This document shows, piece after piece, positions 8,825 through 19,623 of a stretch of 64,000 nt of DNA. The position numbers and the translations under genes were made by a program. This DNA is from an uncultured Pseudomonadales bacterium (GTDB taxonomy: Bacteria; Patescibacteriota; Microgenomatia; UBA1400; PJMF01), in the NCBI GenBank assembly GCA_964457085.1, contig CAYWDM010000002.1:3816-67815 (forward strand). Direction: 5' to 3'. The notes under the pieces are model-generated. The model had not been told where the DNA came from and did no database searches. It saw only the letters and a program-made list of their open reading frames with translations. Positions within the stretch are counted from its first letter, which is position 1. The number at the start of each line of letters is the position of its first letter.

Positions 8825-11295
8825 AACAGATAGCTACTATCTTGAGCAGAGTCAATTGGTCTGTTACTGAGTGCTTATGGATGTCATTTGGATTTGGTTT
8901 GGCTATTTATGGTGAATCTATTTGGAGATATACGATTATTTTTTTTGGCTTGCTGCTCATAGTTATTGCTCGCAAATACTCAGATTGGAGTGTTTTTACG
9001 AGTTTAAAATATTTGTGGTTACCACAAGCTTTGTGGCTATTTACTTCACTAATAAGCACTTATTTTTCGGTTTCCATACCAGCAAGTATTCAATCACTAT
9101 CAATTACGGTATTTGGAATTGTATGGTTTTGGTTCGTAGCAGGTGTTCGTAAGCAACGATTTTCTTTACATAGATTTATTTTGTTATCTGGTTGGTTTTT
9201 AGGAATCCTTGGTTCGATTTCGGTCATATGCACGCTGTTTTTTCCAGCTATTGAAACTATTTTGCCTCGACTAAATTACCTATATAGCTCATTTGGACAC
9301 AACCACCTTTCAACAGCAATGGCATTATTGTTGCCATTTATTTGGATGAGAGCTTTGAGTGTCAGTGAAGATCGTTCAAAAACATACATTGGATTAGGCT
9401 TATGGTTAGTATTATTGGTTGGGATGATGCTCGGCAGAGTCGCAATACTGGTGGTGTTGTTTACACTAGCAATATTAATTTTTTGGCAAAGACGCTCAGT
9501 GATGGCTCAACAGTTGCGACAGTATTGGATTGTTCTGGTTGTGTTTTTGTCAATATTGCTTGGATTTAAGCAATGGCTGGTGAGCACTGGCACAGAAAAA
9601 TGGTTGTGCACCCAAGATGTGTGGAAACAAAGTTTCTGTCAAGATAGTCAGAGCGAACTACGTTGGCACTATTGGCAGCAAGCTTGGGAAGTTGGTAAAA
9701 ATAATTGGTTGATTGGAGCGGGACCTGGTACTTTTTCAATGACTAGTAAATCGGTAATGAGTTTTTTTGGTCAAAATACGGCCTTTGCACACCAATGGCT
9801 GTTGGGCACATTTGCTGAGAATGGAGTTATCGGGGTAATTGCATATGTAGTATTATTTGGTTCTTTTATAGTTATTTGGTGGAAGAGACGTCAGCTTATT
9901 TTGGGTCAAGCCTGTGGATTGAGCATAGTGAGTCTTTTGGTGTTATCGAGTGTTGATTTTGACAATCAACTTTTTGTGATATGGATATTTTTTCTAACTT
10001 TAGTTGGTCTGTGTGTTCGACATCCGAGACAGTCTCAGATCAATTCTTCAGCAAACAATCAGTTATTTTTAATTTTTGTGCAGGTACTTGGCGGAAGTTT
10101 GCTGCTCATGAGTGTTCTAACCACTGCGAGTTTAATTTTATTTAAGTATTTTGGTCCAACAATGGGTTTGAAGATTTGGCCATTTTTACCAATTCAGCCA
10201 AACATGCTTACCCAATTGCCTGAGTCACCATGGGATGCGGAGCTTCTGTCTATATATCGAAACCATCCAGATATGTTGTTGGTAATTTCTGGCTTACAGC
10301 AACCAGAAAATACAAAACAGACACTTAAATTAGTTGCTCAGCTTGATCCATGGAGAGGATTGGCTGCAAATCAGCTAGCAGATATGAGAGCTCAATCTTT
10401 GAATGACTATGAGACTGAAATTACTTACTATTGGCAAAAAGTGCATCAAGCTCAATTGTCTGGAAATGAGTTAACTGCTGAACATAAACTCTGGTTTGCT
10501 GACAACGTGTATTATTTATCGAAGCGATTATTTGAATCAAATCAGCTCCATGCAAGTGGAGTGTGGCTGGTCAGAGCACAACAAGTTGATCCTTGGGTTC
10601 TGAGTACTCAGCTGCCTTTTGTGGATGAAAGTATTGCTAAACCAGAGATGATTAAGTTTTCCAGAGCTTTGGTTGGAGTTAATAGAGATTTTTTTGGAGA
10701 CAATCAAGATACATATACACAGTTTTTTAACAAGGTATTTTTATTGCGATCTCAGTTAATATTGATTGAGACTACAGATGCAAACAATAAATATCTCGAA
10801 TTTCAACAAACCGGCATTGGAATGAACGATTCCCAGTATGCTGATTTTCTGATTCAGAAAAGTGCTGATATAAGAGCAGTTGCAGCAAACGTAATACGAC
10901 TCCTTCCAACAGAGGCAGAACGGTATCCGTATATGGTCGATGATGTTGTCTTGGCATTATTATCGGTTGCTGATGCAAGCAGAAAACATAATGCTGCTGA
11001 AATAGCTGATTTATATGGCTTGGCAATGGCAATCAGACCCTGGGTATTAAATGGGTACTCATGGTGGTTTATACAGCCAAATTTGAGTGCTGATGATCAC
11101 CAAGCAATCGAACTGTTCATTGCCAAATGGAAAGTCTGGGAGGGAGATGGCATTGGGCATAATCCTGAGGCTTTTATTAAAATCGTAAGGATGGTAAAAG
11201 AACAGGCAGTTGTAAAGAATGACTTTGTCAAGCAAATGAATTACTCAGCAATACTTACGCAGTTACAAAACGAACTTGATCGTAAAAACAAATAA
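8821..11295 (+). CDS. O-antigen ligase/polymerase (Wzy_C) family membrane protein with an ~450-aa C-terminal soluble alpha-helical (TPR-like) extension
   Basis: The N-terminal half has about 10-12 TM helices. It carries the Wzy_C signature region (NWLIGAGPGTFSMTSKS...FAHQWLLGTFAENGVIGV). The C-terminal half is hydrophilic. Confidence 0.55.
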   Translation: MKQIATILSRVNWSVTECLWMSFGFGLAIYGESIWRYTIIFFGLLLIVIARKYSDWSVFTSLKYLWLPQALWLFTSLISTYFSVSIPASIQSLSITVFGIVWFWFVAGVRKQRFSLHRFILLSGWFLGILGSISVICTLFFPAIETILPRLNYLYSSFGHNHLSTAMALLLPFIWMRALSVSEDRSKTYIGLGLWLVLLVGMMLGRVAILVVLFTLAILIFWQRRSVMAQQLRQYWIVLVVFLSILLGFKQWLVSTGTEKWLCTQDVWKQSFCQDSQSELRWHYWQQAWEVGKNNWLIGAGPGTFSMTSKSVMSFFGQNTAFAHQWLLGTFAENGVIGVIAYVVLFGSFIVIWWKRRQLILGQACGLSIVSLLVLSSVDFDNQLFVIWIFFLTLVGLCVRHPRQSQINSSANNQLFLIFVQVLGGSLLLMSVLTTASLILFKYFGPTMGLKIWPFLPIQPNMLTQLPESPWDAELLSIYRNHPDMLLVISGLQQPENTKQTLKLVAQLDPWRGLAANQLADMRAQSLNDYETEITYYWQKVHQAQLSGNELTAEHKLWFADNVYYLSKRLFESNQLHASGVWLVRAQQVDPWVLSTQLPFVDESIAKPEMIKFSRALVGVNRDFFGDNQDTYTQFFNKVFLLRSQLILIETTDANNKYLEFQQTGIGMNDSQYADFLIQKSADIRAVAANVIRLLPTEAERYPYMVDDVVLALLSVADASRKHNAAEIADLYGLAMAIRPWVLNGYSWWFIQPNLSADDHQAIELFIAKWKVWEGDGIGHNPEAFIKIVRMVKEQAVVKNDFVKQMNYSAILTQLQNELDRKNK

Positions 11296-12158
11296 TGAAT
11301 CCATTAGCAACAAAAATAATTGATAAAACTGTACAGAAAATAGCTGCAGTTTCGTTATTTGGGGAAATATGCATCACAGGAAATGCGACACAGTTTGTCA
11401 CTACTTTGTTACAAGTTGTGTTTGAGAATAACACCACTGTTGCAAATCACAAAAGAGAAAATACTCGTCCAAACATTGTAGTGCCGATATCAATGAATGA
11501 TGTTGTTGGCTGGATGAAAAATAAACAGGTTAGAGCCGCAATTAAGTCAGTAGATATTTTAGTTACAGATGGCATGCCACTAGTTTGGTTGGCAAAATGT
11601 AAGGGCATTTTTAATGCAAATCGATTGTATGGACCAACCCTGATGAAGTTAATTATTAATCATGGTCGCAAATACGGTGCGAAGCATTATTTCTATGGTG
11701 GAACAGAATCAACACTCAAGCAACTTACAGCCAAGCTAGCAATGCAATATCCGGGATATTATTTGTCCGGTACTTTTGCTCCACCATTTCGCGAACTTTC
11801 AGACATTGAGTTGAAAGAATTCATTGCTCAAATTACCAAAGTTAAGCCAGATATTTTGTGGTTAGGTATTGGTAGCTGGAAACAAGTTGTCTTGGCTTCG
11901 AAACTACGAAATAAACTTGCAGTACCATTGATTTTACCCGTTGGTGCCGCATTTGATTTTTTGGCACAACAAAAACCACAGGCTCCAATTTGGTTGCAGC
12001 AACTTGGGATGGAGTGGTGTTTTAGGCTACTGCACGAGCCAAGGAGATTGTGGAGACGATATCTCTTGCAAATACCAATCTTTATAGTATTCTCAATACT
12101 TGAACTGGTTAACTATTATCGAAACCCAAATAAAACTTCAGACAACTTGCACATATGA
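11295..12158 (+). CDS. WecB/TagA/CpsF-family glycosyltransferase (GT26)
   Basis: Contains ..DGMPLVWLAKCKG..NRLYGPTLM...YFYGGTE...PDILWLGIGSWKQ...GAAFDFLA...EPRRLWRRY, which is characteristic of GT26. Confidence 0.7.
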   Translation: MNPLATKIIDKTVQKIAAVSLFGEICITGNATQFVTTLLQVVFENNTTVANHKRENTRPNIVVPISMNDVVGWMKNKQVRAAIKSVDILVTDGMPLVWLAKCKGIFNANRLYGPTLMKLIINHGRKYGAKHYFYGGTESTLKQLTAKLAMQYPGYYLSGTFAPPFRELSDIELKEFIAQITKVKPDILWLGIGSWKQVVLASKLRNKLAVPLILPVGAAFDFLAQQKPQAPIWLQQLGMEWCFRLLHEPRRLWRRYLLQIPIFIVFSILELVNYYRNPNKTSDNLHI

Positions 12159-13030
12159 AAAAAACTTCTCCTAAAAAGACCTCTCCTAAAAAAAAATTCG
12201 TTCTGCTTGATGATTCAGGTAAATTATTTGGTAAATTTGATTTATTCATCCCACTTTTTGTTTTAGTGTTGTTAACTTTGGGAATCATGATTGCTAGAGT
12301 CTTACTTCAAAAGGATACCTATATTACAGTTGAACTTTTTGCATCTGGTGGAGAGTGGTGGTGGAACAATCCTTCTCCGCCATATTGGCTAGCTGATCCA
12401 ATTAAAAGAGGAGCAATTGAGAGAGATCCCCAAGGAAATGTTTTGGTTGAAGTGTTGGAAGCAAGAAAATTTGAAGAGGCAAACCGGAAGTTGTTGTGGA
12501 TGAAGGTGAAACTAAGGGTGACTCCAGATAAAAAATCAAAACAATTTAGATTTAGAAGAGAAAATCTGCAGGTTGGTTCAGTTGTTTTTATTGCTCCAGA
12601 CAACGTTAAAGTAGTTTGTAACGTACTCAGAATTGAGGGAATGGAAGACAATCGTGTGGAAGTTACTAAGATTGTGACTGTTGAAAACTATGGCGTGTCT
12701 CCCTGGTATACAGACAATATTAAAGTTGGAGATGCTATGTACGATAGTGATGGTAAGGTGTTGGCTGAGGTGATGGAGAAAGATGTTAGTTTGTCAGATA
12801 TGACCACAATAGACCAAAGGGGTGATACGCATGCGAGAAAAGATCCTCTAAAGAGAGATATTAAGATGAAGATGCGGCTCAAACTGACTCGTGCAGAGGG
12901 TTTGGATTATTTTTCATATTTCTTGCCAATTAAGAAGAACTACTACATCTCTGTTCCACTCAAGAACATGAATGTGGAGGGTACCATCACTGATTTTGGA
13001 GATGATATTGATCCTGGTGCTGAGAAATAA
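12155..13030 (+). CDS. Hypothetical membrane-anchored protein (resembles DUF4330-type proteins)
   Basis: Lys-rich N-terminus with a tandem TSPKK repeat, then LLDDSGKLFGKFDLF and a single TM segment. The rest is soluble. The DUF4330 resemblance is from memory only. Confidence 0.35.
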   Translation: MKKTSPKKTSPKKKFVLLDDSGKLFGKFDLFIPLFVLVLLTLGIMIARVLLQKDTYITVELFASGGEWWWNNPSPPYWLADPIKRGAIERDPQGNVLVEVLEARKFEEANRKLLWMKVKLRVTPDKKSKQFRFRRENLQVGSVVFIAPDNVKVVCNVLRIEGMEDNRVEVTKIVTVENYGVSPWYTDNIKVGDAMYDSDGKVLAEVMEKDVSLSDMTTIDQRGDTHARKDPLKRDIKMKMRLKLTRAEGLDYFSYFLPIKKNYYISVPLKNMNVEGTITDFGDDIDPGAEK

Positions 13031-14174
13031 CATCCATGACTTTTTTGGCAGTAGATTTCCAGGAGTATTTTTTGCTTAGGTCAATGCATTTGGATTGCAG
13101 ATCTTTTCTTTCCGAACTCGTAAGTGTTTGCCACCATAAAAATGTGTCAACGATGCTTTGCTGATCTTGATTTTTCAGAATGAGATTTGTGTTTATCTTA
13201 CTTAAGACTCGTCGCATATTGCCAACATCAGTTCCAAAAAATGGTGTTCCGCATGCTAGTGACTCAAGCATGACAAGTGGCATCATTTCTTGTTCAGAGG
13301 GCAAAATACAGAAATCAGCCAATTGATAATATGGCCGAAGTGATTTCGGATGTGAAATGAACTTTACATTAAGTTTGTATTTTTTTTTCAAGTATTTAAG
13401 TTTTTGAAAATATTTTGCCGAATCTTTATCTTTATAGTGTGGATACATCACTAACAAAATAAACTCTTTGCTCGAATATTTTTTCAGCTCGTAAAGTGCC
13501 ACCAAGATTTTCTCGATACCTTTTTTTTGATCGATGCGACCGCTATATAGGAGCACAGTCGCTTTTTTTGAAATGGAAGATGTTTTGCAAATTTGTGAAA
13601 TTGCATCTTTTTCAAACTGGCTATTAATTGGGTGATACGCTTGAAGGGAAACTCCATTTGGTACGATCGATGACCGTTGTTTTAGCAAATGTAATTTATA
13701 TTTTAAATTAATTTCGCGTCTTGCCTCTGCCGCAACGAATATAACTGAGTTAGCAACATTGAGTGCACTAGTTTGTAGACGAGATATGATTTTGCCAAAG
13801 AGCCAAATATATGCATATCTAAAACCATTTGGTTGTGCATCAATTTTTGTAATTGCGTGGTCACCGTGAAAATGGAAAATGATTGATTGATTGGCTTTTT
13901 TAAATAATGATCCTGCAAAAGCAGCAAGATAGTAGGGAGTATATAAAGTATTAAAGGTTTTTTTATATTTATTGATTACTTTTATACAGTCGAATAGTGA
14001 CCACAAAAAATTTTTTACAGCAGATAAAGCACCATCGAACTTAAGAGACTTTTGTTTGTATACAATTAACTTTGCATTCGGATAAATGTCTCTGAAGTTG
14101 GAAATGATTTCCTCAGTTACGACTTTGGCTCCACTATCAATGTCTTGATAAATGATTAATATGTTGTTATCCAT
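12987..14174 (-). CDS. Glycosyltransferase family 1
   Basis: Contains GRIDQKKGIEKIL.. and ..LPSEQEMMPLVMLESLACGTPFFGTDVGN (the GT4 EX7E-like region). The ATG at 14174 is preferred over the TTG at 14189. Confidence 0.65.
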   Translation of the reverse strand: MDNNILIIYQDIDSGAKVVTEEIISNFRDIYPNAKLIVYKQKSLKFDGALSAVKNFLWSLFDCIKVINKYKKTFNTLYTPYYLAAFAGSLFKKANQSIIFHFHGDHAITKIDAQPNGFRYAYIWLFGKIISRLQTSALNVANSVIFVAAEARREINLKYKLHLLKQRSSIVPNGVSLQAYHPINSQFEKDAISQICKTSSISKKATVLLYSGRIDQKKGIEKILVALYELKKYSSKEFILLVMYPHYKDKDSAKYFQKLKYLKKKYKLNVKFISHPKSLRPYYQLADFCILPSEQEMMPLVMLESLACGTPFFGTDVGNMRRVLSKINTNLILKNQDQQSIVDTFLWWQTLTSSERKDLQSKCIDLSKKYSWKSTAKKVMDVISQHQDQYHLQNQ

Positions 14175-14904
14175 GCCAAAATCTCTCAATTTTTAAATCA
14201 AATGGCATTGATAAGCCACCAACCTGACTTAGTCCTGTTAGCTGCGAGTTGTATGCGGCAATCGCCTGATATTTTGTTGTGCCACTTGATGCCAAAATTT
14301 CTGTTGTCATTCCAGAAACAACCGAGTTAATTGTAGCTAGTCGTTGCAGCGTTGCTCCGGTTTGATTCCTATACGGAATGTCTTCCCAAAATAGTAATTT
14401 GGTTAGTGAATTTGGATTCCACAGTCTACAGGCTGCCAAAAAAACCAAGTGATGATCAATATGCTTGCCAACACCGATTGGGAAATATAGTTGAGTGTGG
14501 TTTTTTGCATGTGAATCAATAAATGTTTTGAGTGAGTGGATGACTTTTTCGAGGAGATTTTTGTCATTCTCTGTTGGTTCATCGTTAAAAATAGTGTCAA
14601 ATGTGGGATGATCATTTCTGAAACCGGCATCAATATAGTTAAAATGGTGGCAATCACAGCCAATAGTGGCTACAGCTTGTCTATCCTCGATGGCTCTATC
14701 GTGGAATAGCTTGCTGGCAGAGGAGTAGTGACAATTTTGTAAGAAATGTGAGGCTGCTTTTTGTGTTGTGCCTGATCCCTTGGTAAAAATTGTGACCACA
14801 AGCGTTTTCTTACCACGCTTAACTAAAGAATGAATGCGATTTCCTGCTGATAATATGGCATCATCAAAGTGTGGTGAAACAAAGATAGCATCATACTTTT
14901 GCAT
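14167..14904 (-). CDS. PIG-L/LmbE-family N-acetylglucosaminyl deacetylase
   Basis: The N-terminal motif IFVSPHFDDAILSAG matches the (A/S)PHxDD consensus. Length ~245 aa. Confidence 0.6.
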   Translation of the reverse strand: MQKYDAIFVSPHFDDAILSAGNRIHSLVKRGKKTLVVTIFTKGSGTTQKAASHFLQNCHYSSASKLFHDRAIEDRQAVATIGCDCHHFNYIDAGFRNDHPTFDTIFNDEPTENDKNLLEKVIHSLKTFIDSHAKNHTQLYFPIGVGKHIDHHLVFLAACRLWNPNSLTKLLFWEDIPYRNQTGATLQRLATINSVVSGMTTEILASSGTTKYQAIAAYNSQLTGLSQVGGLSMPFDLKIERFWHG

Positions 14905-14980
14905 TATTGAGGTTTTGTATTTGACTTTTGATCCAGTTTCACTATTCTATAGCACAGAATTAGACATATACTATCAAACC

Positions 14981-16324
14981 ATGAAGAAATTGGTACAGCA
15001 TTTTAAAGCTCAATGGATTTCATTCAGTCTGTCAACGCCACAGTCTTTAATTAATGAGGTGCTTATCACAATAGTATTGTTGATGCTGCCAATTGGTTTT
15101 TTTGAATCATTGCGATGGCCGCTACCAGGGTTGAAGGCAACTCACGGAATTATTAAGGGGTTAGCAGTGCTAATCCTTTTCTCACTGCCATTTATTCGAA
15201 AAAAATTTGGTGCTGTAAAGAATTCAGATCAGCTATTGTTGGTGTTGGTATGGTTTTTGAGTTATGCAGTTTCAGCAGTTTTTACTCAAGACGTGGAAGC
15301 CTCATTGCTGCATATGTGGTATCCATTCATTTCATTAATCATCATGTATGTATTTTCGATTGTGAAGTTGAGAAAAAGACATTTCCAATTATTTTTATCA
15401 CTCTCAGTAATTTTAGTTTTTATCACATTCCTTTTTTCTTTTTTCTCGATTATTTTCAGATATTCAGTTGACAATATTTATTATTTTCTTTTTCTTGACC
15501 ATCGAGCCAACTTTTTACTAGATGAGATCCGTAAGTTTGGTAAGTATGCGAGTCTTGGCCCATACATCATGCTGGTGCCTGCAACTTTTTACTTTATGGT
15601 TGATTACTCGAGCTCAATTTATAAAAAACTATTATCATTTGTGATGTTGATGATGTCACTGATAACCGCAGTCATTAGTAATAATCGAATTGATGTATTA
15701 GTTTTCGCAATTCAATGGCTAATTTTTATCATTTTAGTCACAAAAAAGCAGGCAGTGTTGATGATTGGTCCATCAGTTTTGGCAGTGATTTTTGGATTAT
15801 TTGTGACGCAGTTATATTTTGGTTTTAACTTGGAGCAGCGAATCCTTCGTCCAGCAGTTGAAAGGGACCAAGAAACAGTGAGCATGAGGTTTACTTACTG
15901 GGAAACTGCAATGAACAACTTTAAAAATTTTCCATTGTTTGGAACAGGTCCAAATACCTACAACACAGTGAGCGATTTTCCGCTGAGAAGATACTGGGTT
16001 GATGGGGTTAGGGAATACACGATTAGACAAGATTATGGTATCGGTGTGCATAATCTATTTTTTGAGCGACTCAGCGATACCGGCATTTTTGGATTTCTGG
16101 CTTATGTAATCCTTGTCGTGTATTTATTTAGAGCAGATGTGTTTGTGATACTAAAACTCAGAAAAAGAGGCAGAGAGGTGGTCGCAAAATATATTTTTGT
16201 GTCGCTATCCTCATGGAGTTGGATATTGTATGGGATAACTGATAATGGCTATGGTGCACAGGGTATGATGACATTTTTCTTTTTGCGCGGATTAATCAAT
16301 CATTATGAAACTGCAATACTCTAG
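14981..16324 (+). CDS. O-antigen ligase/polymerase (Wzy_C) family membrane protein (short paralog)
   Basis: Multi-TM protein carrying ..FGTGPNTYNTVSD.. and ..GVHNLFFERLSDTGIFG.., which resemble the Wzy_C core. The ATG at 14981 is preferred over the listed upstream start. Confidence 0.5.
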   Translation: MKKLVQHFKAQWISFSLSTPQSLINEVLITIVLLMLPIGFFESLRWPLPGLKATHGIIKGLAVLILFSLPFIRKKFGAVKNSDQLLLVLVWFLSYAVSAVFTQDVEASLLHMWYPFISLIIMYVFSIVKLRKRHFQLFLSLSVILVFITFLFSFFSIIFRYSVDNIYYFLFLDHRANFLLDEIRKFGKYASLGPYIMLVPATFYFMVDYSSSIYKKLLSFVMLMMSLITAVISNNRIDVLVFAIQWLIFIILVTKKQAVLMIGPSVLAVIFGLFVTQLYFGFNLEQRILRPAVERDQETVSMRFTYWETAMNNFKNFPLFGTGPNTYNTVSDFPLRRYWVDGVREYTIRQDYGIGVHNLFFERLSDTGIFGFLAYVILVVYLFRADVFVILKLRKRGREVVAKYIFVSLSSWSWILYGITDNGYGAQGMMTFFFLRGLINHYETAIL

Positions 16325-17477
16325 AGTTGCCATTGTCCACGATGTCTTTGTTGAGTTTGGTGGTGCTGAAAGAGTACTGCTCGAATTACTTGCGTTGTAT
16401 CCAAACGCTGATGTGTTTATCCCATTACTTGCAGATGATAAGTTGCGACTATTACGTAAATACACCACTGGGAATATCCAGAGTTCTTTTTTAAATAAAA
16501 TCCCGTTTATTCATTCGGCATCGATTCTGTTAAAACCGCTGCTATTCTGGTATTGGCAATCACTCGATTTGGTTGGCTATGACTTGGTTATTACCTCGTC
16601 TCACTCGTTTTCAAGCAAAGCTGTAATTACAGGAGCACTCACAAAGCATGTTTCATACATTCACACCCCACCGAGGTATTTATATGTTGAATACAATGAA
16701 ACTCAAATTTTGCGTTTACCAGCGATGAGAAGTATCTTAGCTCCACTATTATCTTGGTTAAGATCCCAAGACTATTTAGCGGCCCAAAGACCTGATTTGC
16801 TCATCGCAAACTCGAAAACGGTACAAAAAAGAATCACTAAATACTATCGAAGATCATCACACTTGGTTTATCCGCCAATTCACGTTCCCAGAGACAAAGA
16901 GCTTACGAAATCAAAAAAGATGTGGACTGAAACCCTGATGACTCTTAGTGAAAAAAGTAAAAAAACAAATATCCAAAAAATATTTAAAAGTGGCAGGTAT
17001 TTTGTTTGTTTTTCCAGGTTAGCAAAACAAAAGGGAATTGATCTGGCGGTACAGACATGTGCTCAGCTACATTTGCCGCTAATTGTTGTCGGTCAGGGTT
17101 CTGAAGAAAAGTATCTTAAAAGTCTGGCTGGGGAGGCCACTGCTTTTGTGGGAGCTGTTCCAGATGCAGTTAAGTCAACAATACTATCGAACGCTGCAGC
17201 ACTGTTGTATTGCTCGATTGAAGAAGATTTTGGCATGGTCACAGTAGAAGCTTTGGCTCATGGAGTGCCGGTAATTGGGTATAACTCAGGGGGTACATCA
17301 GAGATAGTTACTCGAAGCACTGGCGTGTTGTTTGATGAGTTTTCAATAAAAAGCCTGGCTGCAGCCATACAGAAGTTTAATGGTACAGATTTTTCCATCA
17401 GCCAATGTCGCAAACGGGCACAGTTTTTCTCTGCAGAAAAATTTGGTAAAGCGATGCGTTCTTTGGTTGGGTCATAA
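16305..17477 (+). CDS. Glycosyltransferase family 1
   Basis: The N-terminus VAIVHDVFVEFGGAERVLLELL is a GT4 signature. The C-terminus reads ..VEALAHGVPVIGYNSGGTSEIV.. Confidence 0.65.
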   Translation: MKLQYSRVAIVHDVFVEFGGAERVLLELLALYPNADVFIPLLADDKLRLLRKYTTGNIQSSFLNKIPFIHSASILLKPLLFWYWQSLDLVGYDLVITSSHSFSSKAVITGALTKHVSYIHTPPRYLYVEYNETQILRLPAMRSILAPLLSWLRSQDYLAAQRPDLLIANSKTVQKRITKYYRRSSHLVYPPIHVPRDKELTKSKKMWTETLMTLSEKSKKTNIQKIFKSGRYFVCFSRLAKQKGIDLAVQTCAQLHLPLIVVGQGSEEKYLKSLAGEATAFVGAVPDAVKSTILSNAAALLYCSIEEDFGMVTVEALAHGVPVIGYNSGGTSEIVTRSTGVLFDEFSIKSLAAAIQKFNGTDFSISQCRKRAQFFSAEKFGKAMRSLVGS

Positions 17478-17533
17478 GTAAATTCTTGAATGCACTTGTC
17501 AAACTTCACTGTAAGATTACAATCTTGATACCT

Positions 17534-18520
17534 ATGCAAAAAAAACCAAAAGTACTAGTTACTGGCGCACATGGATTTATAGGCAATCACTTAGTTGCAT
17601 ACCTGAAGGAAAAAGGGCATTTTGTTCGAGGAGTTGATGTAGTAGATCATGCCTATTCTCAGTCAGAAGCAGATGAGAATTTGATTTTAGACTTGAGAAA
17701 TATCGAGAACTGTAAAATCGCAGTTGCAGGTATGGATTGGGTTTTTAACCTAGCTGCAAACATGGGTGGCATCGGTTTTATTCAAGACCATAAGGGCGAG
17801 ATAATTCGAGACAACACTTTTATTAGTTTAAATATGCTTGAGGCAGCAAGACTTGCCAAAATTAAGCGTTTTTTTTACTCATCATCAGCGTGTATTTATC
17901 CTTCATACAGACAAGACACAACAGACCAATTATCCCTCAAAGAATCAGATGCGTACCCTGCTGACCCGGAGGATGGGTATGGCTGGGAGAAGTTGTACAC
18001 TGAACGGCTCTGTCGTCACTATTTTGAAGACTTTGGGCTTTCGACTTATGTGGCTAGATTTCACAACATCTACGGCCCACTTGGGTCATATGACGGGGGC
18101 CGAGAGAAATCTCCGGCTGCAATTTGTCGTAAAGTAGTACTGGCAAAAAGCGGTGAATCAATTATGGTTTGGGGTGACGGCTTGCAAACCAGGTCGTATT
18201 GCTTTGTTGACGACTGCGTTGAAGGAATATATCGTCTAATTCAAAGTGATCATCACCAACCGCTTAACATTGGCTCAGATCGACTAGTAACGATTAATGA
18301 TTTGATCGATATTGTGGCTACAATTGCTGGTAAAAAGATTGGCAAAACCTATGATCTCTCAAAACCGCAAGGTGTTAGGGGGAGAAATAGTGACAACACC
18401 CTACTTCGAAGTGTGTTGCAGTGGGAACCAGAAATTAGTTTAGAAGATGGTTTGCAAATGACCTACACATGGATAGCAAAGCAAATCGGTAACAAAACTA
18501 AAAAGAAACAAAAAAAATGA
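17534..18520 (+). CDS. NAD-dependent epimerase/dehydratase (SDR extended family)
   Basis: Contains KVLVTGAHGFIGNHLVAYL (GxxGxxG) and a YxxxK catalytic pair (YGWEK). Confidence 0.7.
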   Translation: MQKKPKVLVTGAHGFIGNHLVAYLKEKGHFVRGVDVVDHAYSQSEADENLILDLRNIENCKIAVAGMDWVFNLAANMGGIGFIQDHKGEIIRDNTFISLNMLEAARLAKIKRFFYSSSACIYPSYRQDTTDQLSLKESDAYPADPEDGYGWEKLYTERLCRHYFEDFGLSTYVARFHNIYGPLGSYDGGREKSPAAICRKVVLAKSGESIMVWGDGLQTRSYCFVDDCVEGIYRLIQSDHHQPLNIGSDRLVTINDLIDIVATIAGKKIGKTYDLSKPQGVRGRNSDNTLLRSVLQWEPEISLEDGLQMTYTWIAKQIGNKTKKKQKK

Positions 18521-19623
18521 AAGCCAGGCAGTATTCATCACTTCGCTGCCCATTTTGTGAAAATAGTTTTGTAGCTATTGATGCAATCAAATACTGGACA
18601 GATCTTAATCAAGATGTTCGTTATGGGGTGATACGTTGTGATTGTGACTCATTTCCAATTATTGAGGGAATAGTGGTGTTGCGTCGGGGACTGACATCTT
18701 GTGTCAAAGAGCTTGAGGTAGCTTTTGAGCATAAGAAAACTCCAAATTCAAAGATTTTTTTGAGTGAGTTAAGTGAATTACGATTGCTACCCAGAAGAGT
18801 ATTAGAGTTCTTGGTATTTTTGACTACCATTTTCACCTTCTTTGATAAAAAGTTTCAAAACAAGTTTGGTGAAAGATGGTGGAAATTTGGATTAACTGTT
18901 TTGACTTTGACGACTACAAATAGCTTTTTAAAGAAAGTGTTCTCATATTTTCGTGATCGTGACCGTCGACCGACATATGTACTTGTTGCCAGTTTGTTTG
19001 ATATGGTTTCAAAGTCAAAGTGTGTAGTGGAAATTGGTGGAGGGGCAGGTCACTTGATTAGGGATGTTGCAGGCCGCGGTTGGGACGGTACTGTTTTTAC
19101 AGTTGAAAAGAATTTTTGGCTGACTTACTGGTTGGCTTGTTGCGGTAGATGGTCCTCAAATACTTGCCCAATTGTTGCTGATGTTGAGGCACTATTGCCA
19201 TTTAACTCGACAATTGCGGATGTGGTAATGGCTAATGACACCTTGATGTATATTGACCATCAAAAAAAGCTAGCAAATGAAATTTCTCGAGTTTGCAAAC
19301 CTGACGGCAGTTTTTTTGGCATGCACATACACCAATTTGGCCAAGAAAATGTTGCTAATGGTATTGGAATGAGACCAAAGCAATTGTGTAGTTGGTTGGG
19401 GATGAAATATATGGCAATTTGGAATGATCAGGACCTATTTTCAACTCTTTGGTCGAAGCAAAAAATTACGATAGAGGCCAAAACAAGTGAGACACAACTG
19501 CCAGTAAACTCACCATCTTTTTCAATTGTTGCATCAAGGAAAAGAACACGCTTTAAATTAGTACTTCGGTCCGAATATCAAAGAAATCAGTTGCAGTATG
19601 TTGAAGACCACTGGCAAAACTAA
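18517..19623 (+). CDS. Trm112-like zinc-ribbon fused to a class I SAM-dependent methyltransferase
   Basis: The N-terminal region reads CPFCEN...CDCDSFPIIEGIVVL (Trm112-like). Methyltransferase motif I is VVEIGGGAGHLIRDV. Confidence 0.45.
   Translation: MKARQYSSLRCPFCENSFVAIDAIKYWTDLNQDVRYGVIRCDCDSFPIIEGIVVLRRGLTSCVKELEVAFEHKKTPNSKIFLSELSELRLLPRRVLEFLVFLTTIFTFFDKKFQNKFGERWWKFGLTVLTLTTTNSFLKKVFSYFRDRDRRPTYVLVASLFDMVSKSKCVVEIGGGAGHLIRDVAGRGWDGTVFTVEKNFWLTYWLACCGRWSSNTCPIVADVEALLPFNSTIADVVMANDTLMYIDHQKKLANEISRVCKPDGSFFGMHIHQFGQENVANGIGMRPKQLCSWLGMKYMAIWNDQDLFSTLWSKQKITIEAKTSETQLPVNSPSFSIVASRKRTRFKLVLRSEYQRNQLQYVEDHWQN

Noticed and set aside
12319-12882. ORFs 12319-12651 and 12688-12882 (-)
   Set aside because: They are nested antisense within the 12155-13030 gene. 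Low-complexity translation.
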